From a virus (lineage: Duplodnaviria > Caudoviricetes), in IMG/VR virus record IMGVR_UViG_2654587510_000002, positions 3,053 through 67,052 of that record: a stretch of DNA of 64,000 nucleotides; one strand, given 5' to 3'. Position 1 is the first letter of the stretch. Every line of letters starts with the position of its first letter. Below, in pieces: positions 56,372 through 64,000 of the stretch. Position numbers and translations under genes: made by a program. The notes below the pieces were generated by a model, which saw only the letters and a program-made list of their open reading frames with translations, was not told the origin of the DNA and made no database searches.

Positions 56372-56676
56372 TGTTTGAAGTTCACGCCCTCCGAGAGCAC
56401 CCCTGCGAATCCTGCGCAATCATATACAACAATAAACTACACATCGTTAAGAATGCCGCCACTGATAAAAGGGCGGCATTTTTGATCCCACGCCGCGAGC
56501 TGTTGGAAGCATATAAAAGCTCAACGGGATTACAGCGAATTGTTCACTCACACACAATGACTAACGAAAAGCCTAGTGCACAAGATCTAAAAGGCATGGC
56601 AGCAACGAACTGTCCTTGGTCCATTTACTCCACGGTTACCAAATCTTGGTATCACTCAGATGAGGAAGAAACATGA
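56371..56676 (+). CDS. JAB-domain tail protein (gpK-like, no NlpC/P60)
   Basis: HA..EHPCESC, VHSH....PSAQD. Confidence 0.82.
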   Translation: MFEVHALREHPCESCAIIYNNKLHIVKNAATDKRAAFLIPRRELLEAYKSSTGLQRIVHSHTMTNEKPSAQDLKGMAATNCPWSIYSTVTKSWYHSDEEET

Positions 56677-57104
56677 AAGTCTATTTTCACGGAAAATTTG
56701 AAGAGTTGTTTGAGGATACCGAACTTTTCGTAACTCACCCGCAAGTTATTTTCTCAGGACTTCAAAGCCGATACCCGCAATTCAATCGAATGATGAAAGC
56801 TCACAACGGCCAGTATTCTATCGAAGAATCGGGAGTGCATATCTTCCCAGAGGGCGAGGGCGCTCAATGGTTAATAGCTGCTATGCAGATACTTAGTGCG
56901 GTTTCTGCAGTAGTCGGTGTCGCTGTAGCCATTAATCAAAAAATGATTGAAAAGAGCAATAAGAAAAAATTAGGCCGAGAATCTGAATCCTACATGTTTG
57001 ACGGGATCATTAATACGGACACACAAGGCGGTGCGGTGCCTTTAGCGTTTGGTCACGCTTATGTTGGCTCAACGGTAATTAACAATGAATTGGATGCTTA
57101 CTAA
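56673..57104 (+). CDS. Tail assembly protein (gpI-like)
   Basis: SYMFDG..NT..QG..VPLAFG..YVGS. Confidence 0.82.
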   Translation: MKVYFHGKFEELFEDTELFVTHPQVIFSGLQSRYPQFNRMMKAHNGQYSIEESGVHIFPEGEGAQWLIAAMQILSAVSAVVGVAVAINQKMIEKSNKKKLGRESESYMFDGIINTDTQGGAVPLAFGHAYVGSTVINNELDAY

Positions 57105-60100
57105 TGGCTACTTTCAATCGAAATCTATACCGCATTCAAGAGTTAGTTAGTGCGGGGGAAATTGGCGGATTACTAACGACATTGAGGCCACTGCATTCCG
57201 TTACTTTTGATGGGACTCCGGTAGCAAAGCAAGATGGCCAGTTAAACTTCAAAGGTGCAACTATCACTGAAAGAACCGGCACCGAAGACCAAACGCCAGT
57301 TTCCGGATTTGAAAGCATATCTATAACAGAGTCAGTTAGTGTTGAATTAGAAGATACTCAAGAGTGGGTAGTTCGACAGGTATCTAGCGGATTTTCGCGT
57401 GTTCGCGTATTTCTTCGTTATCCAAATGGCTTGTTTAGGTTCAGTTCAAAGGGCAAGTATCAGTCGTGGGACATGCAATATGATATTGAGGTGAGTACCG
57501 ATAATAGCGCATGGACTCCAGTTGTAGAGGTTCGCAGCAGCCATCGTACTCAACAGTCATTTGATCGAGTACATGTTGTTAGTAACCCTACTCCCGATGG
57601 TGAATCTGAATTTTATATTCGATGCCGCAGAGCTCGGGGGCCTGGTAACGAAAGAGAAACAGGCACTTTGTTTTGGCACGCAAATGCTCAACTAGAAAGC
57701 AGCAGTCAAAGTTACCCTGATACGGCTTATTACTCTATCGAATTTGACGCTCAACAACTGGGGAATATTCTTCCTGCGCGTGGATACCATATCCGTGGCA
57801 TTCGCTGCTTAGTTCCAACGACATATGAGCCGACTTTGTATGATCCTTTGACCGGAGAGATAACCCAGCACGCTTCATATTCTAGTACTGTTTGGGATGG
57901 CTCATTTAAATTGGAGCATTGCACAGACGCTGCTTGGATTGGCTATAACATGCTAGTAAATGAGAAGTGGGGGGCTGGGAAAAGCATCGACGCCAACCTT
58001 ATTGATGTTTTTTCGTTTTGGGAGGCATCAAAATATAATGTTGAGTTGATCGATAACGGCATCGATGATCCACATCCGCGCTTTGTATTTAATGGTCGAA
58101 TTGCTGACATTAAAGATATGAGAGCTCATTGTGATGAAGTCCTAGCTACTTGTCAGGCATCGACCTATGAAGAAGATGGCCTAATTAGGTGCTACCAAGA
58201 TCACCCTACAGTGCCAAGTAAGATTTTTGTTCCTGCAAACGTTGTGGGTGGCATGGTTGAGCGTCAATCCAACTCATTAGAGGGGCGATTAACAGTATGT
58301 GAGGTTACGTTTAATGACCGAACGGATAGGTTCGAGCCAACTACCGAGGTAGTGGAAGTTGATGAGTCGTTAATTGACGCTTACGGGTACCGAATAGCTA
58401 ACATTGCTCAGAATGGCGTAACAGAAAGGCCTCAAGCAATTCGTGCTGCAAGATGGCAAATTGAAAATAGTCATATTGAGGGAAGTTCAGCAACGCTCTC
58501 TGTCGGTTGGGAAAACTGGGATACCCGCATTGGTGACGTAGTTTATATCTTAGATGATGTTTTAAACCCTGATGCGGTATCGGGTCGGATTCTCGCTGTA
58601 GATGGTTTTAGCATCACGCTAGATAGAGTTGTTGGCCGTAATATTACGAATGAAAGAATGATCGTTCAGACTTCTGCAGGTCTTGTTGAAGTCGTGGCAA
58701 ATGCAGCCCAAGGTAGCCAAGTTGTAACTGTGAGCGTTGAGATTGACGCTAACCGCCTTGATGCGTTCGTTATATCGGATGATATAAATCAGTATCGCAT
58801 TGTTGGTTACAGTGTCGCACAGGGCGAAAAGACGCTTGTTTGTGGCTTTCATGACCCAACAAAATATGCACGAATTGAAGTAGGAGAAGATTACACGCCG
58901 GAATACCCACCTTTGGATCCGGAGGATATTTTACCACCGACTCAATTAACGGCTTTCGGAAACATATCTGATGGCATCCCTGCAGTTTATATTGATTGGG
59001 CGGCTCCTGTTAACCCAGACGATCCAACGTTGCCGGACACGAGAGTTGCAAATTACGTCCTTGAGTGGGATGGTCCAGTTGGTCGCAATGAAGTGTCTGT
59101 GCACGATTCTAGCTATCAAATAGATCCCGCTGATTTGGGGAATTATGAATTTACGGTAACGGCCTACACAACAGGAGGGACGCCAAGCCCCTCTGTTAGT
59201 TACAGCTTATCGTTTGCTCCTGATGGTAGTTCAGAGTTATTACCTCCAACTGCCATTAGTGGAACGTTTGATGGTAAGGATGTGTATTTAACTTGGATTG
59301 AAAATCCGGCAAACGGCAACAATTCCAGATACGTTACTGATGCATACGTTCTAAGAGTAGGCGATGACGTCTCGTACACCTCAAGAACGGTTGAGATACC
59401 TTTTGTAGTAGATCAAACGTCATATAAGTTTCAGTACAACTTTGATGACAACGTAGAAGATCATGGAGAACCTGTTCGTGAGGTTTTCTTTAGCCTTAGC
59501 GTTCGCGACAACCTTGAGCTTGAGTCTACGAATGTAGCTAACTCTTTTGAGAATACAGCGCCAGAGATGTTGGTCCAACTTGTCACACCTGGTTTCTCTA
59601 CAATCATGGTTGAACTAAGGCCGCAAGCGGGTAATGTTTTAGAAACCGATGTTGCTGGGTTTATCGTTGAAATCAATGGAGAAGAGCGAGACTTGGGAAT
59701 GAGCGCCACTACTACATTTCCTGCCAATACGGGAGAAACGTATCAGGTGCGTTCTGCCGCTTATGATGTATTTGGCAAGGTTGATTTAAACTGGTCTCCA
59801 ATGGTTGAAGTGACACCAATTGAAATCGACATGCCGGATATGCCAACAATTCCTGACTTTAGCCGTGTGGAGTATCGTTTTAGCGGCCTAGTGTGGACGC
59901 TAGAACCTGACTCCGGCGAAATGAGTTGGAATGATCACTCTGTTCAGCAGCTCACTTGGAATGACGAAGATGAGGTTTATGAATCAGAAGATATAGCTAT
60001 CGAGGCGGGAACGTTAGCTTTTGATGGTGATAGCCCCTATGTAGTGTTGGATTGGGATAACTCCACCTATATACACTCCAACTTTGATGGTTGGTTCAAT

Positions 60101-61087
60101 GATGGTGTGTATTTGATGGGTCAAGTGGTAGGTCAAGAAGCGCCGTTTGAATGGGCTGATGAGGGTGTAGATAAACTGGCTGTGAATGCTATATCGACTC
60201 GTCACTTACAAGCTGATGCTGTTCGAGCAAATAATATCAAAGCTGATGAGAAAATCGTCATTGGTAATGATAGTAATGATGGCCAACTTATTATTTTGGA
60301 TGGTACCGCCGAAGAATCCGATGATCCTATGCTTTGGATGGGAGGGGTGACAGATGATGGCTCTGATGCCGTTGTTGTCATCTTAAAAAATGGCAACATT
60401 GTTTCTGTTGGTAATATTCAATCGGATGGAAGTTTGATCGTCCGAGGCACTTCAACTATCGGAGGCTCTACGGTTTTAGAAGCTGATACCATTGTTGGTG
60501 CAGGGGCTGAAAATTTCTTGCAGTCAGGAACGTACACGCAAGGTTCAGCGGGTTGGAAGCTTTTTGGTAACGGTAATTTCGAAGCTAATAACGGCACATT
60601 TCGGGGCACTCTGGATGGCGTGGATGGTAACTTTGTTGGGACGGTTTATGCGGAAAATATTTCGGGTGATGTCGTTCACATGCAATCGTTCAACGTTAGC
60701 TCAGGCATTCTTAGTCAATCGTACTCAAGCATTGGTACAGCAAACTTCACAGCACAACCGTATGCTCGAATTGCCCAGATCTCAGGCGTGGTTTTTGTTG
60801 CATTTGCAGCGGCAAGCGCAGGGACTCAAAGGCAATGTCGAGTCTCGGCAGTTGCGGGAGCAGGTACGCCTGGTGCAAACGATCCATACGGTACATGTAA
60901 CGCACCACAGTGGGGTGATGCAAACAGCCGAACGGCAGTAGGGGCGAGTACGTTTTCTATCCCAGTACCTGCGGGGGTTAGTTCAATCACGTTATTTGCA
61001 CGAACTGTGTACGCGGCGACAACCGCAAGCGTCCAGAACTCACAACTTGGCAATGGGGGCGCAAACGTAATTATTGGCCGAGTATAA
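57104..61087 (+). CDS. Tail tip/host specificity protein (gpJ-like)
   Basis: VSAGEIGG, GTEDQ, YPDTAY, WDGSFK, PRFVFNG, FnIII repeats, DUF1983-like GWKL..NG. Confidence 0.92.
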   Translation: MATFNRNLYRIQELVSAGEIGGLLTTLRPLHSVTFDGTPVAKQDGQLNFKGATITERTGTEDQTPVSGFESISITESVSVELEDTQEWVVRQVSSGFSRVRVFLRYPNGLFRFSSKGKYQSWDMQYDIEVSTDNSAWTPVVEVRSSHRTQQSFDRVHVVSNPTPDGESEFYIRCRRARGPGNERETGTLFWHANAQLESSSQSYPDTAYYSIEFDAQQLGNILPARGYHIRGIRCLVPTTYEPTLYDPLTGEITQHASYSSTVWDGSFKLEHCTDAAWIGYNMLVNEKWGAGKSIDANLIDVFSFWEASKYNVELIDNGIDDPHPRFVFNGRIADIKDMRAHCDEVLATCQASTYEEDGLIRCYQDHPTVPSKIFVPANVVGGMVERQSNSLEGRLTVCEVTFNDRTDRFEPTTEVVEVDESLIDAYGYRIANIAQNGVTERPQAIRAARWQIENSHIEGSSATLSVGWENWDTRIGDVVYILDDVLNPDAVSGRILAVDGFSITLDRVVGRNITNERMIVQTSAGLVEVVANAAQGSQVVTVSVEIDANRLDAFVISDDINQYRIVGYSVAQGEKTLVCGFHDPTKYARIEVGEDYTPEYPPLDPEDILPPTQLTAFGNISDGIPAVYIDWAAPVNPDDPTLPDTRVANYVLEWDGPVGRNEVSVHDSSYQIDPADLGNYEFTVTAYTTGGTPSPSVSYSLSFAPDGSSELLPPTAISGTFDGKDVYLTWIENPANGNNSRYVTDAYVLRVGDDVSYTSRTVEIPFVVDQTSYKFQYNFDDNVEDHGEPVREVFFSLSVRDNLELESTNVANSFENTAPEMLVQLVTPGFSTIMVELRPQAGNVLETDVAGFIVEINGEERDLGMSATTTFPANTGETYQVRSAAYDVFGKVDLNWSPMVEVTPIEIDMPDMPTIPDFSRVEYRFSGLVWTLEPDSGEMSWNDHSVQQLTWNDEDEVYESEDIAIEAGTLAFDGDSPYVVLDWDNSTYIHSNFDGWFNDGVYLMGQVVGQEAPFEWADEGVDKLAVNAISTRHLQADAVRANNIKADEKIVIGNDSNDGQLIILDGTAEESDDPMLWMGGVTDDGSDAVVVILKNGNIVSVGNIQSDGSLIVRGTSTIGGSTVLEADTIVGAGAENFLQSGTYTQGSAGWKLFGNGNFEANNGTFRGTLDGVDGNFVGTVYAENISGDVVHMQSFNVSSGILSQSYSSIGTANFTAQPYARIAQISGVVFVAFAAASAGTQRQCRVSAVAGAGTPGANDPYGTCNAPQWGDANSRTAVGASTFSIPVPAGVSSITLFARTVYAATTASVQNSQLGNGGANVIIGRV

Positions 61088-61120
61088 ACAAACAATTGAA
61101 TGTCGAGCTAAGGTGGAGCA

Positions 61121-61876
61121 ATGAGTGGGATTTTAGATGCACTTGAGCTGAGCAATATTGCTGAACTCATGAGGGAACTTAGAGCTGAACAATTAGAGTT
61201 TAAAGGCGTGTCTAATGTCGGGATTAGGCAAGCCATAAACGAGGGGGTTAAAAGTGGAAGAATTAGCACTGGAAGCCTGATCACCATTGCTGATGCATTG
61301 GATGGCATTGATGATCTTTACTCAAGTTCAGAAGTGACCAATCTAAACGTCCGTAAAGGCTTGAGAACTTGGACAGATGCGTTTGGGAATGTTCAGTATG
61401 ACCAGAATGGCTTTAATGCTGCCCCTGATGCTAGTCGATATGAACAGCCTCAGTTTAATGATGTGACTTTAGCCAAGCGCCGCCTAGTTGAACAGGGCGG
61501 CGTTTTAACTGACGCTCAAGGAAACGCAAAGGTTGATATACAAATCTTTGATGAGCTACGACAGATGGACGCTGAGAGGATATCTGAAACAGAGGCTTTG
61601 TTTGATGAGTTAGAGCCAACGGATAAGGCTCAAATTGAAAGTGGTTTGATTGCCGTTGATAGTGAGTGGATTAATACCATTGAGCGAAACGGGGACGGTA
61701 CAACTTCAGTTCAAACGTACAGCCAGAATGGGGTAAGGACTTATACTTACCCTGATGCTTCTAGCAATATCTTTGATTCAATGAATAGAGCTCATCGCTC
61801 AGGAACTTCGGTGGGTAAGGCTTGGCATGATGAGGTTAAAGGGTCTGGATTGGATGAGCTTTTTACCACTGATTAG
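61121..61876 (+). CDS. Hypothetical protein
   Basis: GGTGGAG RBS; follows gpJ. Confidence 0.7.
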   Translation: MSGILDALELSNIAELMRELRAEQLEFKGVSNVGIRQAINEGVKSGRISTGSLITIADALDGIDDLYSSSEVTNLNVRKGLRTWTDAFGNVQYDQNGFNAAPDASRYEQPQFNDVTLAKRRLVEQGGVLTDAQGNAKVDIQIFDELRQMDAERISETEALFDELEPTDKAQIESGLIAVDSEWINTIERNGDGTTSVQTYSQNGVRTYTYPDASSNIFDSMNRAHRSGTSVGKAWHDEVKGSGLDELFTTD

Positions 61877-62252
61877 ATCCAAAGAAAACAGAGCGTTGCA
61901 TTTCGACAAGGAGTTGTTTTTGTTTATTGAGAGCTTCTTGTTGGGCTTTTATGTACTTCTCGACTGACGCGAGTTGTAGCAGGTGCTTTTCTGCAATGCC
62001 TTGGCTTTTCTCCACCACGTTGCGCACGTCAGAAATTCTAATGCTTGGTTGGCAAATGCCGTAGGCGTAATAATTAAATGCGCCAGATTCATAGGCGGCT
62101 TTGACTTTCTGAAAGTCTGACTCAGGATTATCGCTGATAACCATGAAAGAGTTGTTAGCGGTGTAAGGCACCCACATTGGCTTTCCAACCAAGCCAATAC
62201 GGGCGATATAGAAACTAGCTTTGACAGATTTATTAAATGTTTTGATGATCAC
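61863..62252 (-). CDS. Hypothetical protein (DUF6943-like)
   Basis: GAGG RBS; NSFMV...AF...GICQPSIRISDV. Confidence 0.55.
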   Translation of the reverse strand: MIIKTFNKSVKASFYIARIGLVGKPMWVPYTANNSFMVISDNPESDFQKVKAAYESGAFNYYAYGICQPSIRISDVRNVVEKSQGIAEKHLLQLASVEKYIKAQQEALNKQKQLLVEMQRSVFFGSNQW

Positions 62253-62352
62253 GTGGCCTCTCTTGGTGGATTAACAGCAATCCACTTCCGTTGCTACGTG
62301 CCTCGACTATATAACATGGGCTAAACCCGTCAATTGAGTTGTTTTCTTAACT

Positions 62353-63117
62353 TTATTTTTCTACAGTAATATTTTTGAACCCTTCACTAATATTGTCAGT
62401 GGCTCTAATCTGAGCGTCAATTTTGTCATTAGTCCTGCCTGAATGTGTTTCTTGTTGCGACGTCTCAGCTTCAATTCTTCGTTGGGTCTGACTCCATAGG
62501 TAGCCTTCTCGTTCTTTTCTTTCGGCCTCTGCAGCAATTAACTCTTTCTGCTTGGCTTCTTTTTTCTCTTTGTCGCCATCAAATGTAGTTTCATTTGCGC
62601 GAGTGTAAGTTTGACCTTGTGTCACATCGAGGCGAACAAAGCTTTGTCCGTTGTCATACCGTCTAACTAATACAGGAGTATTGGGTGCAAAAATTTGCTC
62701 ATCTTCTGATGCTTGTATTATTTCGTCTAAACTTCCGCTATTGAGCTCAATTGTGTATCGAACTGCTGGGTATAGTTTATTAGCCTCTGCGTTCGAGGCT
62801 ATCATAGTTACTAAACCTGCAAGAGCCACGGCACCGCCAACAGCGGCCGTTGTATTGCTACTGTTGTACCCGCCAACCGCTGCCGTCCCTGCACCTGCCA
62901 GTATGAGTCCTTTACCTACGTCTTTCCCTTGATTTAGTTCGTTGAGTTTTACTTCAACATTGTCATAAGTTAAAACCACACCACGTTCCATTTTTACTAA
63001 TTTTCTACTCATGTCGACTTGTTGAGAATCAAGACTAGATCCAGTGGAATGACAGCCTGTTAATGCTATAGAAGAACCAATTGTGATCGCCAATAAAGTC
63101 TTTTTTAAGTATTTCAT
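62353..63117 (-). CDS. Outer-membrane lipoprotein with glycine zipper (SlyB/Pcp-like)
   Basis: Lipobox LTGC; GAGTAAVGG...AAVGGAVALAG. Confidence 0.75.
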   Translation of the reverse strand: MKYLKKTLLAITIGSSIALTGCHSTGSSLDSQQVDMSRKLVKMERGVVLTYDNVEVKLNELNQGKDVGKGLILAGAGTAAVGGYNSSNTTAAVGGAVALAGLVTMIASNAEANKLYPAVRYTIELNSGSLDEIIQASEDEQIFAPNTPVLVRRYDNGQSFVRLDVTQGQTYTRANETTFDGDKEKKEAKQKELIAAEAERKEREGYLWSQTQRRIEAETSQQETHSGRTNDKIDAQIRATDNISEGFKNITVEK

Positions 63118-63391
63118 TTCATGTGCCTGTTATTTGTTTTTTAGTTTGCACCCGCACTATTGCTGCTTATCTTTGTAAGCATTTTTAAATTTCAAATTAA
63201 CGTTTTTTGTAATGTGCTCTGTTAATCATAACAATTTGCGTTGTGGAACCGAGTGGACGCGGCTTCAAAGCTATAATGCTCATCGTTGACTTCAACAGCA
63301 TAAATGGCGATAGCACTCTTGTTTGTAGTGGTCAGTTCTGCTTTGTTGATTCAATAGGAAGCCACCATACAACCAACACCTCTATTCCCCC

Positions 63392-63423
63392 TAAAAAAAG
63401 TGCCAGATACAACTCTGGCACTT
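63392..63423 (-). terminator. Intrinsic terminator
   Basis: AAGTGCCAGA-N6-TCTGGCACTTTTTTT on the minus strand. Confidence 0.75.
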
Positions 63424-63442
63424 CAAAACTAAAATTTAAACG

Positions 63443-64000
63443 TTATTTTGATATGCAGGATACGTAGCTCGTGTTGTTGGGCGTGTAGCTCTGGGCGTAA
63501 CCATCGTAGAGGCGTACGGTGTAATAACGATCACTATTAGGTGTCGTCGTCCAATAACCGTACAAGGTCGGCCAACCGTGCGCGGTAAACATATTGCCAA
63601 ATGTGTTGAATACGGACTGCATCTCGGCGGCTGTTGCTAAGCGCCAGTTAGTTAGTCCGCCGACACTATGGGTGTTGTAGGTATCACACACTGCATTTGC
63701 TTCATCCCAGGTGTATGTGTAAAACTGACCAGTAGGGCCATGAGTATCGTTTTCATTACTAATACCTGATGCAGCACTACCACCAATGCTGTCTAGGAAT
63801 GCCTTTGATGGTGAGTTGGCATATACTGTGTCGTACCCTGCGTATAAAATGTCAATACATACTCCAGCAAGTGAGCTACACATATTCACATTCACATCCA
63901 CCGTATTACTGGTAATGCCATCCTTCTTGGCCGTGAGTATCGTGCTGCCCGTGGTAACACCCGACAACAAACCCGTTGGTGTCACAGTAATCGTAGCCGT
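63443..64000 (-). CDS. Ig-like (Big_2) + DUF1566/C-type-lectin-fold adhesin, 5' truncated
   Basis: ATITVTPTGLLSGV..G; YTWDEANAVC, WRLAT..E, GWP..YWTTT, YVSC. Confidence 0.82.
   Translation of the reverse strand, partial: TATITVTPTGLLSGVTTGSTILTAKKDGITSNTVDVNVNMCSSLAGVCIDILYAGYDTVYANSPSKAFLDSIGGSAASGISNENDTHGPTGQFYTYTWDEANAVCDTYNTHSVGGLTNWRLATAAEMQSVFNTFGNMFTAHGWPTLYGYWTTTPNSDRYYTVRLYDGYAQSYTPNNTSYVSCISK

Larger units (their letters stand above)
18500..64000. mobile_element. Temperate siphophage (lambdoid organisation); right end not in window
   Basis: int-xis, CI/Cro, replication, lysis, terminase, portal, capsid and lambda-like tail tip genes. Confidence 0.95.

Noticed and set aside
61121-61876. 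Possible detached tape-measure fragment
   Set aside because: Similarity limited to a short helical motif; cannot be supported without a profile search.

Overview
Vibrio-type DNA with two parts. (1) 1-~17.6 kb is a compact integron. It has a truncated intI on the minus strand, attI at ~1045, and about 19 gene cassettes separated by 17 recognisable attC sites, mostly 123-129 bp VXR-like. Many cassettes look like anti-phage genes (putAbiC, OLD/GajA-like nuclease, DUF3800, PD-(D/E)XK nucleases, trypsin, Trypco2-like). One attC is interrupted by a deleted IS3-family element, and the distal end is decaying. (2) ~18.5-64 kb is a lambdoid temperate siphophage: att-like site, int/xis, early left operon, CI/Cro, replication, Q-like gene, lysis, a ParB/methyltransferase/CmoA-like cluster, fibre genes placed before the terminase, head, tail and morons. 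Most notable: (a) a phage quorum-sensing-like switch, made of a VqmA-like PAS-HTH gene, an 18-bp VqmA-type box and a divergent unannotated 45-aa ORF, in a phage whose CI lacks a self-cleavage domain and which also encodes an AphA-like regulator; (b) an unexplained dispersed non-coding element, TGCWATCA at an exact 44-bp period with modular palindromes in between, at four intergenic loci; (c) att-site architecture suggesting the integron may lie on the phage itself. All family assignments come from motif recognition by eye; no searches were run.
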